DNA of 64,000 nt from Monodelphis domestica (taxonomy: Eukaryota), in NCBI RefSeq assembly GCF_027887165.1, contig NC_077233.1:136241080-136305079 (forward strand). Reading direction: 5' to 3'. Shown piece after piece: positions 24,100 to 37,776 of this stretch. Position numbers and translations under genes: made by a program. Under the pieces are notes generated by a model. The model had not been told where the DNA came from. It did no database searches and worked only from the letters and a program-made list of their open reading frames with translations. Position 1 is the stretch's first letter; each line of letters begins with the position of its first letter.

Positions 24100-27000
24100 C
24101 TATGCCCCAGATGGACCCCAAGGTCCATCCTGCCTATTTTTGTAAATATTCATCCATATCACCTAGATTGGCAAATTTATTGCCATATAATTGGGCAAAA
24201 TATTTTTTTAATAATTGCCTTACTTTCCTCTTCATTGGAGGTGAGTTCTCCCTTTTCATCTATGATACTGTTAATTTGATTTTCTTCTTTCCTTTTTTAA
24301 ATTTGATTGACCACTACTTTGTCTATTTTGTTTTTTCAAAATACGAGCTTCTAGTCTTACTTATTAGTTCAATAGTTCTATCACTTTTGATTTTATTAAT
24401 TTCTCCCTTAAATTTTAGGATCTCTAATTTGGTTTTCTTCTGGGGATTTTTTATTTGTTCGCTTTCAAGTTTTTTGATTTGCATGTACAAATCACTTACC
24501 TCTGCCCTCCCTAATTTGTTACTATATAAACTCAAGGATATAAGTTTCCCCCTGAGTAGTGCTTTGGCTGCATCCCATAGGATTTGAAAGGATGTCTCAT
24601 CTTTGTCATTTTCTTCAATGAAATTATTGTTTCTATGATTTGTTCTCTAACTAACCAACTTTGGAGAATCATATTGTTTAATTTCCAATTAATTTTTTGA
24701 TTTGGCTCTCAATGTACCCTTACTGATCATTATTTTTATTGCCTTATGATCTGACAAGGTTGCATTTATTATTTCTGCTTTTCTGCATTTGTATGCCATG
24801 TTTTTATGACCTAGTATATGGTCAATCTTTGTGAATGTACCATGTGCTGCTGAAAAGAAGGTGTATTCCTTTTTGTCCCTATTTATTTTTCTCCATATAT
24901 CTATTAACTCTAATTTTTCTAAGATTTCATTCACCTCTTTTACCTCTTTCTTATTTATTTTTTTATTTGATTGATCTAAATTTGATAGTGGTAGGTTCAG
25001 GTCTCCCACTAGCATAGTTTTACTATCTATTTCCTCCTTCAATTCTACTAGTTTTTCCATTAGAAATTTGGGTGCTATACTATTTGGTGCATACATGTTG
25101 TTTGTCTATACTCTCTTTAGTCAGGATGTTTTTACCTTCCCTATCCCTTTTGATCAGGTCTATTTTGACTTTGGCTTTGTCAGATACCATGATTGCAGCT
25201 CTTGCCTTCTTTCTATCAGTTGAGGCCCAATAGGTCTTGCTCTAACCTTTAATTCTGACCTTGTGAGTATCTACTCCCCTCATGTGTGTTTCTTGAAGAC
25301 AACATATGGTAGGGTTTTGGATTCTAATCCACTCTCCTATTCATCTATGTTTTATGGGTGAGTTCATCCCATTCACATTCAGAGTTATGATTGTCACTTG
25401 TGAATTCCCTAGCATTTTGATATCCTCTCCTAGTTCTGTCCTTTCTTCTTTTTCTATATCCTTTTAAACCAATGGTTTACTTTTAACCAATCCCCCTAAT
25501 CCCCTCCATTGATATTCTTCCCTTTCTGGTCCCTCCCTTTTTGTTCCCTTTTTTTTTTTAGGGTCTGTTAAGTTCCCTACTCCCTTTCCTTCCCTCCCTT
25601 TTTGAACTCCCTCTCCTCTCCCCCACTTAGTTTCCCCTTCTCTCTTACCCTGTAGGATAAGATAGAATTAAAGATCTCAATGGATCTAGATGCTCTTCCT
25701 TCTCAGAGTTGATTTCTCTGAGAGTAAGGTTTAAGTATTCTCTATTAGCACTCTCTTTCTCTCCTTCTTATAAGAATATTTTCCCCTCCCCTTCCCATGT
25801 GTATCTTTGTGTGAAAGAGATTATTCTATTTATTTTGTTTCTTCACGTATCTCTTGGTATCCCTCTTCAATTCTCCCCCCCCCCTTTTTCTTTTCCTTTC
25901 ATATCATCTTTTAGCCCTTAATGCCCCAATCTTTTCCTATGATTGATTCTTATAATTACTATTATAATAAATATTGTTTTTGAGAGTTACAAATAACATT
26001 TTCCATTTATTAATATATATAATTTTATCTAATTGTATCACTTAAAGAAGAGAGTTTGAATTTAAAAAATAACATTTTTCTCCTTTTCCCTCTTTTTCTT
26101 ATTTACCTTTTCATATTTCTCTTGATCTTTGTGTTTGGATATCAAACTTGCCACTTAGTTCTGGTCTTTTCTTTACAAATACTTGGAAAGCTTCTATTTT
26201 GTTGAATGCCCATATTTTCCCCTGGAAATATATAGTCAGTTTTTATGGATAGATGATTCTTGGTTGAAGACCCAGTTCTCTTGCCTTTCTGAATATCATG
26301 TTCCAGGCTTTGCGGTCCTTTAGTGTGGAAACTTCCAGGTCTTGTGTGATCCTCATGGGTGCTCCTTGGTGCATCTTGGTGCACTCATGGGTGCTCTTTT
26401 TGGCTTCTTGTAGAATTTTCTCCTTAGCTTGAAAGCTCTGGAATTTGGCAATTACATTCCTGGGAGTTGTCTTTTGGGGGATTAAGTATAGAGGGTGTTC
26501 TATGAACTTTTTCCAATGTCTATTTTTTCCTCTTGTTCAAGAACATCAGGGCAGTTTTCTTGGATGATTTCTTGTATTATGATGTCAAGATTTCTGTTTA
26601 TTTCTGACTTTTCAGGTAGACCAATGATTTTCAATTTGTCTCTTTGTGATCTGTTTTCCTGATCTGTCACCTTGTCAGTGAGATAGTTTATGTTTTCTTC
26701 TATTTTGTCAGTCTTTTGACTTTGCTTTATTAATTTTTGCTGTTTTGCAAGATCATTGGCTTCCAGTTGCTCAATTCTGGTCCTTAAGGCCTGTTTTTTT
26801 TGCTTTAACCTTTTGCTTTTCTGCTATAATTTTTTGATTTTCAGCTATAATTTTTGACTCTCTTTTTGAACCATTTCCCACTTCTCTTGCCAGAAGGCTT
26901 CCATCTTTTTGATAAGCTCTGATTTAAATTCTTCCAGAGCTTGTGGACAATTTCCATTTTTTTTAGAAGGTTTTGTTTTTGTTTTAATTTCCTTCTGTAT

Positions 27001-27350
27001 ATCCTCTGTAGTCTGGTTTTTTCCTCCGTAAACATTTTTGAGGGTCATTCTCTTTTTTTTTTTTGCTTTTTTTGGAAGGAGTTTGGGGCTCCTGTGCACA
27101 ATTAGCCATCGCTGTGGAAGATTTACCTTCCATTTTTAGTCAAATAACTGAGAGAGCTGGGCAGGTTCTCTGTGTATGGAGTTAAGGAGCAAGGATTTTG
27201 CCTGAGTCAAGCTCTCGAATCTCCGCAGCTGAGCTACCTTCCCGGGGGTGCCCACAGTCTGAGCTCCCCCCATCCGACAGGTGGTCTTCATCAGCTCCTA
27301 GGGCACTAGAGGTGCCCTTTGCTCACTCCAGAGGTGCCCCTTGCTCACTC
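24100..27350 (-). mobile_element. Degenerate LINE-1 carrying 5'UTR, ORF1 remnant and first ~440 codons of ORF2; 3' part absent
   Basis: Minus-strand ORFs match L1 ORF2 endonuclease/Z regions (AAIMVSDKAKVKIDLIKRDREGKNIL; MYAPNSIAPKFLMEKLVELKEEIDSKTMLVGDLNLPLS...YTFFSAAHGTFTKIDHILGHK; ...SYFEKTK; ...YFAQLYGNKFANLGDMDEYLQK). A basic, coiled-coil ORF1-like ORF lies at 26142-27099. There are frameshifts, for example a deletion between SIDN and MYAPN. Confidence 0.8.
24689..25096 (-). pseudogene. L1 ORF2 endonuclease-domain fragment (not intact)
   Basis: A 135-aa ORF with APE-like L1 endonuclease motifs. The upstream part is in another frame. Confidence 0.8.
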
Positions 27351-30300
27351 GCTGATTCTGGCTTGTAGTATTTGTTCTATTTGTTCTTTACCTTGGAAGT
27401 ACTGACTTTTGGGTATGACATTTTTGGAAGTTTTCATTTTAGTATTTCTTTCAGGAGGTGATTGATGAATTTCTTTCCATTTTTTTCCTATTTTTTCTTT
27501 AGTCCTACTAGAGTTTACAACAAACAAAAAAATAAGGTAGGCAGGATTTTCTAAGTCATGGTTTTCAGATAGTCTATTGATTCTGTTATGGGATTTTAGG
27601 AAGGGAAAACACATAAGGATTAACATAAATATTTTGAGTTTATTTGAGATTGGGGAGAGAGTTTTGGGGAAGGAGAGTGAAGGAGAGGGTGGTCTTATCT
27701 TTAAACCCTTAATTTTAACTCCTAAGTTAATAATTCTATTTAATTACACTAATATCCTAAAGACAAATCAGACAGGGAAGCTGGACCTTACAATAGAGTC
27801 TCCAGGAGCCAAAACAGGAATCCAAGTTGAAATGTCCATAGATGAAAACTCCTCCAAGCTGAAGGCAATTCCTCAATCCCTGACCAGCAAATGATTGAAG
27901 AATAAATCCTCACCACAGCCAAAGGATCTTCACAGGCTAATGTCTTGGGAATTGATCTTCTGACAGATTCAGCCACACTCCTCTCTCCTTTCCTCTTCAG
28001 CTCCAGAGAGAAAGTTTTTCTCTCAACTGAATCCCAAAGATTACAACACTCCTAGGCTCATAAGATTCCAGTTATGTGCTCCTGCCAATCATTTTGCAGT
28101 CTTTATCTTCCCTTGATACAATTCTAAGATTATGTTTTCTTGATCTATTTTCTAGGTCATTTGACTTTAATAGAATATAGCTTACATTTTCTTCTGCTTC
28201 CCCCCTCTTCAGCCAATCTTTTGATTTTGCTTTAATATTTTGTATGTGAGAGAGACATTGTTTTCTGTCTGTCCCATTCTAATTTGCAGGGAGTTAAATT
28301 CTTGAGTAACATAGACCATCTATTCTAAGCTATTAATTCTCCTTGCCATCTTTCCTTCCTAGCTGTTTCAGTCTCCTGGTGGCTAGACTTGGGTTTTGAT
28401 CTTGGCTTTTTCTTGCTTAGTGCAGAACTCACATTGGGCTCTGTCCCTTACTATGAGCCTGACAGATTCACCCTGATACTGATGTGGCTATTAGCTATTA
28501 TCTGAGACCCTACTTACTTTGCTTTCCTGATGCTATCCTTTTCCCTGCTGTGGTGAGTTTTCAGGATATTCTTCAGGTCTCTATCACTTATTATAACTCT
28601 GGTGGATTGCTAGGGACTCAAAGCTGCCTGGACACTGGTCTGATCCAGTTTCCTATTATGCTTTGGTTGGGACTGAATGACACTGAAGGCTGACTAAGGA
28701 TGGGGATAGGGATAGAAGTCCAAGAATTTTTAGGCTGACTACCCTCTGGTGGCCAATGGGGTTCCTACAGCCTTTTGAGAGGTCATATTACCTATATACC
28801 AGATATATGGGTAACAGGGGTGGTGGTTCAAGGAAAATGCCACTTATGGATGCCAGATATTGCACTTCTCATTGTATAATTAAATATAGCTTTAGCACAG
28901 ACTTTTCTCTAGGCTGAAGCAAGGCAGAATCCAAGCTGATTTGAACTGTTTACACTGTTATGCCTCTGCTTCAGGGTTCCAAGTCTCTCATAGTGTATAC
29001 ACAAAGGGCCATATGTACACATATTACATCTGGAGAGAGGCTATAAATTTATTTTTGATTCTTGTTTCCACCTTGCCCATATCCCCAGACTGCTTAGCTT
29101 CTCTCTCTCCCTCCCTCTCTCCCACCCTCCCTCATTCTCTCTCTTTCTTTCCCCCACTGCCTTCTTTATTTTGGCTACAGGTCCTTGAGAAAACAAGGCC
29201 TTTTTTGTTGTGGTTGGTGTCCTAGCTTTAGCCTCACAGATTGAAGTTAAGACTATTCTTCCAGCAGGTCCAAGAAAATCTGAATATCTGCTCCTCTCTC
29301 TTCCTTGGTGATTCTCTTAGGAACCAACCTTCATAAGTCACTTTTTCCTCAAGGTTTCTCTTTCCCCCTTGATTAACTAGATCAGCAGTTTTGTGGATCC
29401 ATGTTATTATATGGTTGAAGAAAAACTATGAATATTTCAAACTTGCTTTTATGGCACAATTCAGCCAGAAATAATTTAATTTAATGCTAATTGAATATAA
29501 AGACCATTTCTGGCTTGAGAGAGGTCCAAACTGGCCCAGTTCCCCCATGTCCTACAACATAATTTTCTACCCCAAAATGATTAGAGTTAACATTCATGAG
29601 ATTCTTGAACAAAGAAAAGATCATTTGTTAAAATAAAATTTGGAGGTTAACATTTCAAAAGAATATTGACTATTCAGTTCCTTCCTGGCTCCCTTCCCTC
29701 AGTGTTCTCCCAGAGTAATCAAAGTGACTCTTCCCTCTCTATCTCACTAGAATTCTTGCTCACTAGAAAAGGGCAGGCCAATAGAACCCAATCACTTCAG
29801 GAGTAGGGAAATCCAGTGCTCTTTAAATTTTTTTTTTTTACCAATTACATCTAATATTGAATTTCCATACAAGTTTCCCTGTTATATGATCGAACTTATA
29901 TCTCTCCCTCCCTTCTCTTCCCCCTCCTGGTGCTGGCAGGCAATTTGATCCGGGTTATCATGTATTATCATGAAAGATCTAGTCCTGGCTCTCGATCCAC
30001 TGAGCCACCCAGCTGCCCCTGATAAAAGCCAGTGATCTTAACAAGATCAGAAGTATTTTGGATTCTAAGTTTTGAGAGAGAATTTTTTTCTTCCCCTAAA
30101 CTTATAACCATTTCCCTAAGAAAGTCCTTTTGTCCTGAAATTAACTCTTCTTCAAACAAGAAAGTCTGGAAAGTTGTTTTTTAGCACAGTATTAAGAAAA
30201 ATTATTTCTGAATATTTTCAATTTTGCTTTTAAAAGTGTTTGGTTTGGAGAGGAGAGGAGAGGAGAGGCTCCCTTCAGGGCTGAGTTTTGTTTGGGATTT

Positions 30301-31291
30301 TCACCAACATTACAGTGGAGGTAAGGGAATGGAAAAAAGGGAAAGGGAAGTAGCTCCCTCAGGAGCTAGTAGAGGAGAAGATGGCAACTTATAGGGGTCT
30401 TAGAGAAGGTCCCAGGACTAACCCCTGATATTCCCTCGTGCTGAGAGGGGAGGAAAAAAGGTAACAGCTCAAAATCTCTTTAAGGATAGCTCACAGATTT
30501 TCCCTTTTTATGCCAAAAAAGAGTTCCATCTCTAATGTTCTTTACTTTTATTTTTAAATTTATTTTATTGTCTAGAGTAAAAGTGATAGAGAAAAAATTG
30601 TTAATGCAGATTAACCTTGTGTGTCAGGCATTTATTTCAACCTTTTCCTGAAGCTGTTTAAAAAATGTATATATATATATATTTTACCAATTACATATAA
30701 TAAATTTCCACACAAGTTTTCCTGAGTTACATGATTGAACTTCTCTCCCTCTTTCCCTTCCCTTCCCCCTCTCTCGGTGCTGGCAGTTGATTCAATCTGG
30801 GTTTTACATGTATTATCATGAAGACCATATCTCTAATATTCTTTAGAGATATTAAAATTTTTTTTTCAACTCCTCAGGGATTCCCAGGCAGTAACTAGCT
30901 AAATGGATATGGGGCTCACCACTTAACATGAGAAATTTGTTATTTATAAGAACTAGAAAATGACAAAAAAAATTACCTCATTTGGGTAGAATGGAGCATT
31001 ATTACAATTCTGGAAAAAGGGATATTTGTTCTCTGCAGATTCAAGATATAAGTGAAATTGCTCAAGTAAGAGTAAAAAGATCCTAAGGAATTTTCAATGT
31101 CTCCAGCTAGTTTGAACAAGACTGAAGGGAATAGGCTTGGGCTTGCTTTTCCCTGGAGAACAATAGTACTTTTTCTTTAAGGAGTTATATAGCTTTTTCT
31201 CTTTCCCTTTCCTACATATACAAATGCTGACCTGGATAGCAAAGTGTTGTAAGAGAAAACTTTCATTAGGATTCTAATATTGAAGAAAATA

Positions 31292-31470
31292 GGGGGCTGC
31301 TGGGTAGCTCAGTGGATTGAGAGCCAAGCCTAGAGATGGGAGGTCCTAGGTTCAAATCTGATCTTAGATACTTCCCAGCTGTGTGACCCTGGGCAAGTCA
31401 CTTGACCCCCATTGCCTAGCCCTTACCCCCCTTCTGCCTTGGAACCAGATGGAAGGTAAGGGTTTAAAAG
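31292..31470 (+). mobile_element. Marsupial tRNA-derived SINE
   Basis: agggggctgctgggtagctcagtggattgagagccaagcctagagatgggaggtcctaggttcaaatctgatcttagatacttcccagctgtgtgaccctgggcaagtcacttgacc. Confidence 0.88.
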
Positions 31471-31714
31471 TAATAATAGAGGAAGACTAGTTTTTGAAGT
31501 TGCAAAACTCCAGAATAGCAAGAATATCCCGTTACACATTATTAACAGGGGTATAGAACTACAGAGACCAGACATTATTGACAACATGGTGGCATTATAA
31601 AGTTTTACTGGCTCATTTAGTCCTTTTATTGATATGCATAGGAAATGCTGGCATTTGACATTTTAACAAATACAAACATCTGGAAACAGAATAAATATCT
31701 GTCACAAATATATG

Positions 31715-31716
<2 letters not shown>

Positions 31717-31755
<39 letters not shown>

Positions 31756-31770
31756 TGTGTGTGTGTGTGT
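31717..31770. repeat. (GT)n microsatellite
   Basis: gtgtgtgt...with a single atg interruption. Confidence 0.95.
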
Positions 31771-32329
31771 AGAGGCAGGGTTGTAGCAGAGAGAACACTG
31801 GACTGGAAGCCACTCAGACCTGGGTTCATTTCCCACTTCTGGCATCATTGGACCACTGAGAACTACAGGCAAATTTCTAAGCCTCTCAGTTGCCGAAAAG
31901 TTGGTTCCCTAAATTGGAAGAGTGATCATAGATCCAGCCCTTATCCTTATAGATACTATCATGATTGATCGAAAATTTTAAAAGCATTATTTAATATGCA
32001 GTAGTTTTTTATTAATATATACTTTCTCAGGCTGTAGATATTAATAATACAACTACTTGTCTGTGGCATGAAGGTAAATTTTTATTTAATTAAATTTTAA
32101 TTTTTTCTTAGTTTTTTCTTGAAATTTTACCAGTGCTTAGAGACATATTAGGCAGCATTGGGGAAAACAATGAAAAATGAAAGACAAGATCACTGAAATA
32201 ACACTTTTTTGACATGAAAATTGAGTCATTCTGAAGAAGTTGGGAATCATTTGTCAGGTTTAGCAGCTGATGATGAAGAGTCAACCAGGGTTTTTTTTTC
32301 CCCCTTTCCATTTTAAAATAAATACTGTT

Positions 32330-32492
32330 TATTGATTGTTTGAAGGCCAAAGAGTGGTAAGGGCTAGGCAATGGGGGTCAAGTGACTTGCCCAGGATCAC
32401 AGAGCTAGGAAGTGTCTGAGGTCAAATTTGAACCTAGGACTTGGCCATCTCTAGACCTGGCTTTCTATCCATTGAACCACCTTGCTGCCCCC
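32330..32492 (-). mobile_element. Marsupial tRNA-derived SINE
   Basis: Reverse-complement consensus. Confidence 0.8.
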
Positions 32493-33469
32493 TGGGCATG
32501 GATTTTCTAAAGTAACACTAAAGAGAAGAGGGGGAGAGAAGGTCAGAGCTGGCCTGGTGCAATGTGTCCTGCCAGGGTGGGTATGGGAGGAGTTGGAGGA
32601 TCTGAGAGTTCTCCTTTTCTCCTGCTGAGGTTGGATTTTGGATATTGATACTGACTCAGATTCCTCATTTTCAGTGATCCCTGCCTTGCAGACTTAATGC
32701 AACTGATACTCTTGCAGACCCTGGCAGATCTCACCTCCTATACAGTGGGGATGTTCTGGGGTGGTTTAAGCAGTGACTCCTGGGCTATGAAGATGCCCAT
32801 GTCCCCCCAGTGATGGGCAAGACGAATTTCTACTTGCTCTATTTTCCCTAGATTAAAGTTGCTCTGAGACTGTAGGATCCTGGATCAGAAGACCCTGCCT
32901 GGACTCTCAGCAATTCAGCCATTTGAGTGCCAGAGTTGGAGTGAGATAAGAACCTTGACCTTGGGAGGTGATTATGTCTTCTATGGTTTACATTACCTGT
33001 GCCTACTGTTTTAAAAAAATATTACATTTTTCTATCTAATCTAAGTAAAATATTTGCTTTACTATAATATATCTAAATATTTTAATGTCTGTATATGACA
33101 AGTAAGTTTCCAGTGAGGTGGGGATTTAGTCTAATATACCATATCCTGAATCTGGGCTCTGAGTAGAATTTTAGGGAGTAACAGGTAAAAAGGAACCTTG
33201 CCCACAGATCCCTAAAGAATTGCTTACATTTGTGTGAAAGCTTTGTCCAGTATCAATTTTGATTTTGGGTTGGTTTTTTTTTTTTGCAAGACTATTTGAT
33301 CATTGGATTAGACTGAGGTTGCAAAGATTTAATATCTATAGTACCAATATCAATATTGCTATCTCTATATATCTGTCTATTTCCCTTCCCTGGGTAGTAA
33401 TTGATTGTTCAAAGTTGTTTGTTCTTTTCCCTCACTGAAACCCTTCTTTATTTATTATTCCTCTTATAA

Positions 33470-34065
33470 CTCTTTGTAAAGAATTATTTTGACTGAAAAG
33501 CGAGGGGATGCCCATCAATTGGGGAATGGCTGAACAAATTGTGGGATATGTTGGTGATGGAATACTATTGTGCAAAAAGGAATAATAAAGTGGAGGAATT
33601 CCATGGAGACTGGAACAACCTCCAGGAAGTGATGCAGAGCGAGAGGAGCAGAACCAGGACAACATTGTACACAGAGACTAATACACTGTGGTATAATCGA
33701 ACTTAATGGACTTCTCCATAAATGGTGGTGTAATGTCCCTGAACAATTTGCAGGGATTTAGGAGAAAAAAAACACTATCCATAAGCAAAGGATAAACTAT
33801 GGGAGTGTAAACACCGAGGAAAAGCAACTGCCTGAATACAGCGGTTGAGGGGACATGACAGAGGAGAGACTCTAAACAAAACTCTAATGCAAATATTGAC
33901 AACATAGAAATGGGTTCAAATCAAGAACACATGTGACACCCAGTGGAATCACGCGTCGGCTATGGGGGGGGAGGAAAAGAAAATGATCTTTTGTCTTTAA
34001 TGAATAATGCTTGGAAATGATCAAATAAAATATTATTAAAATGAAAAAAAAAAGAATTATTTTGG
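33470..34065 (+). mobile_element. L1 3'-end (ORF2 C-terminal codons, 3'UTR, poly-A at about 34040-34062)
   Basis: Plus-strand translation gives ...GEWLNKLWDMLVMEYYCAKRNNKVEEFHGDWNNLQEVMQSE, the L1 ORF2 C-terminus (compare human ...WIKKMWHIYTMEYYAAIKNDEFMSF). It ends in an A-run. Confidence 0.7.
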
Positions 34066-34932
34066 TGCATTGTGATACTTGGTGTGTACAGTTGCTAATT
34101 GGTGTATATCATGTTACTGCACTGTTGTGGCAGAATAACTATGGTTATTATTGTAGTACATTCTGATTGAGTTTGGACTAAAAGAGAATTATGGCTGCGC
34201 TTGTGGTCACAGAATTATCAAATTTCAGAGCTGGAAGGGACTCCACTAGATATTTGGTACAACCTCACTCTACCTTGAATGAATCTCCATTATAACTTTC
34301 CCCTTCCAATGAGCAGAAACACCTACTGAAGTGGCCCATTGCTCTTTTGGATAATGTTAATTGTTAGGAAGTTTTTCCTCTTCCACTTCCACTCCATTTC
34401 TTCTGGATCTACCCTCTGTGGCCAAATAAAACAAGTCTATCCTAGCCTACCCTCCAAATGACAGCCTTGTAAATCCTGAAACCCATCAGTCATATCCCTT
34501 GAGTCTTTTCCTCTTCAGGTTAAACATTGCCTTCCAGCCCCTTTGACTGATAACTGTGTGACAGACCTAGAACCCTTTGCTCTCCTCTTTGATCTGCTTC
34601 TGATATTCTCTAATTTTATCAAGAACTGAATATAAAATTTGAATTGCAGCCTGACCAGGGCAGAACACAGATGAATTCTTACCATCTTGTTTCTGGAAGC
34701 TGTGCCTTTCAATGTGGTATAAGATAGCATCAGCCTTTTTGGCTTTCATCTCACACTTGTTTGCGGTCCATTAAAACCTATGGATTTTTTTCAGATGAGC
34801 TGCAGTTCAACTGTGCTTTCCTCATTTTGTGTTTTTGAAGTTCATTTTTTGAACTCAAGTTTAAGGCATTTATTCCTACAAATTTCAACCTTTTAATTTG
34901 GTTCAAAGTCCTAGCTTTGCCAAGATTGATTT

Positions 34933-34937
34933 TGTGT

Positions 34938-34989
<52 letters not shown>
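34933..34989. repeat. (TG)n microsatellite
   Basis: Perfect TG run of about 28 units. Confidence 0.95.
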
Positions 34990-34990
<1 letters not shown>

Positions 34991-35755
34991 TCCTGATCAT
35001 CATCCAGGGTATTATATAGTTATCCTTCCTAGCAGGTGTCATCTGAAGATTTAATAAGCATATTGTAAGGGTTAAATTAAGGAGTTCGACAAAGTGAGGA
35101 GAACAGTTTAACAGAAACTTTGTTTAATCTAAGAAAGAAGTACAGATAGAAAGACAGAAATGAGGAAAGAGATTATTAATCTTATACCCTATAAATATAT
35201 CTAAAATTCCTAATAACTACCTAAAATTTCCTAAAACTATCTTTGTCTTCTCAGGACAGGTTCTTCTGCCTGGTACACCAGGCCTACTCTACTCTACTCT
35301 ATCTATAAATGATTCACTAACTCCCTAACACCCTAACTCCCTAAAATAATAGACCGCCACCACTCACTCACTCTTCCAATCAGTTTTCTATAGCAGCCCA
35401 ACTGTCAGCAGCCAATTGCCAGTAGCCCCTTGCCTCAGAGACAGACCTCCTGCTCTCTAGAGATCCCAGAGGCCAAAGACCCCCAATTGTCAGTGGCTGC
35501 TTCCTTATCTTTTCACTGACAAACTGTCTCCCCAAACTTCTTGTCAGAGGGCCAGCTACTTCCTTCTCCTCAGGTCCTGGTCTCTTAGGTAACAAAATCT
35601 TCAGTTCTGGCTTACTGACTCACTGAACCTGTCAGTTCTGATACACTTAGAAATCCTGCTCTCTAACCTCCTAAGGAGACAGAGGGAGAGATTAAGAAAT
35701 CCCTTTAACAATATCATCATTTATGTCAGTAAGCTATTAAGAATCCCAGGTCCAG

Positions 35756-35942
35756 GGGACAGCTGGGTGGCTCAGTGGATTGAGAGTCAGGCCCAGAGAC
35801 AGGAGGTCCTGGGTTCAAATTTGGTATCAGATACTACCTACCTGTGTGACTCTGGGCAAGTCACTTAACTCCCATTATCTAGCCCTTACCATTCTTCTGC
35901 CTTAGAATCAATAAGATGGAAGGTAAGGGTTTAAAAAAAAAA
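35756..35942 (+). mobile_element. Marsupial tRNA-derived SINE with poly-A
   Basis: ggggacagctgggtggctcagtggattgagagtcaggcccagagacaggaggtcctgggttcaaatttggtatcagatac...ggtttaaaaaaaaaa. Confidence 0.88.
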
Positions 35943-36448
35943 GAATCCCAGGTCCAAGCACTTTGGGCATTCCACTGGCAAATGCCTACAAATTGAATCT
36001 TTGAGTTGTAAAAATGGAGACTTGAATCCAGGACTTCAATCCCCAGAAGTCCTTGCTCCACTTCCCCAGAATGCTTTGTAATATCATTGAATTCTCACTT
36101 GGGCCGAGATCGAGATGGGGTATTTAACCTGATTGGAAAGGCTTCTGGGGCTCTCTTTTCTTTTCCTACTTCTGCTTTGGAGAAGACACAGCTCTCCACC
36201 TAGCAGGCAAGATGTGAGTGGTTGTGAATAGGCTCTTTGGGCCTAGACATGTGCCTCTCTTACTTGTATTTTCTTTATATTTTAATCTTCAATAAACTTC
36301 TAAAAATATAATAGTCCTTGCAGAGAGAAACTAATTTCTACCCTGCCTCAGTTTCCCTAATTTTTAATCTTAACAGAGTTTCATCAACCAATCCTGAATC
36401 CACCTAATTTTATCATCACACATCTTGTGTCTCCCTGTGTCCTCCGGG

Positions 36449-36640
36449 GTGGGTGGGTGGAGGCAACTAGGCTCAGTGGATAGAGAGCCAAGCCTTGTGA
36501 CAGAAGGTCCTGAGTTAAAATATGGTTTAAGACTCTGGCCAAGTCACTTAACCCAAATCCCAAGTCCTTACTGCTCTTTTGCTTTGGAACCAGTTCTTAG
36601 TCTTGATTCTAAGACAGAAGGAAAGTGTTAAAAAAAATTA
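36449..36640 (+). mobile_element. Older, diverged copy of the same SINE family
   Basis: ggcaactaggctcagtggatagagagccaagccttgtgacagaaggtcctgagttaaaatatgg...gccaagtcacttaaccc...gtgttaaaaaaaa. Confidence 0.7.
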
Positions 36641-37424
36641 TTATTAAATGCTTTGTTAAAATCTAGGTAAGATATCTTTATAAATTTGACTGATTTTGAC
36701 AGTGAAACTATAAAAAAAGAAAATAAAAGTTCATCTGGAATGACCCGTTCTTTAAGAAGCCATTCTTTGCGGCAATTTGTAGTTGCTGTTTCCTTTTCTA
36801 TTTTGTTTATTGATCTACTTTTTAATAATATGTCATAAAATTTTCTCAAGAATTAAAAGTACAAATTCCCTAACCTATAGTTATTCCATAGACTGCTTTC
36901 TTTACCTTTTTGACTATTGGGATATTTCTCCTTTTGCAGTATTATACTATCTCCTTTGTTCTGTATGAACTATTAAAAAACAAAGAAGCAAACCCTTACC
37001 TTCTGCTGGGTCCAGCTCTGGGTTCCTGGGTCACCTCCTGGGGCAAAGAGGATGGATCTGGGATTTACAGGAGAGTCAATACTGTCTAAGGACCACACAG
37101 ACAAGTCTCTTGGAGCAGTGACAAAGTTTAATGGGAAAATTATGTAAGCTAGGGGATTAGGCAAGCCTTTTGCAAGGACAATGATTAATAATGATTTACA
37201 AAATAGATAATGGAAATGAACTATTTCAGTGACTCACAATAGGACTTTCTATAGGTAATAGAAATGTCAATGGGCGACTTCCTAGTTAGGTTTCTCATGG
37301 AATTCTTACGCCAGTAATTTCTGACAGGATATCTGGTATCTTGGCTACGCATCTGGCTCTAGCTAACTGATGGCTCTGATTTTATTGGGGCCTACTCTCA
37401 CTACTGAGGGCTGTAACCTTCTTA

Positions 37425-37776
37425 GCATCTGCTCAAAGACAAAAGAGTGGCAAGGGCCAAGCAATTGGGGTTAAATGACTTGCCCAGGGTCACACAGCTA
37501 GGAAGTTTCTGAGACTAGATTTAAACCAAGGTCCTCCCAACTCCAGGTCTTGCTCTCTATCCACTATGCTATCTAATTGCCCCTTCCTATGATCTTTTTA
37601 AAATTAAAAAATTCTTACCTTCTGTCTTAGAATTGATACAATAAGGGCTAGGCAGTTGTGATTAAGTGACTTGCTCAGGGTCACATAGCTAGGGAGTTTC
37701 TGAGGCTAGATTTGAAGCTAGGACCTCTAGTCCTCTAGTTCTGGCTCTCAATCAACCGAGCCACCTAGCTGCCCTG
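37425..37776 (-). mobile_element. Two adjacent marsupial tRNA-derived SINEs (37425-37585 and 37598-37776)
   Basis: Both are reverse-complement consensus copies (…gggtcacacagctaggaagtttctgagactagatttaaacc… and …gggtcacatagctagggagtttctgaggctagatttgaagctagg…). Confidence 0.8.

Noticed and set aside
24102-24587. 161-aa plus-strand ORF
   Set aside because: Antisense to L1 ORF2, AT-rich, Leu/Phe/Ile-rich.
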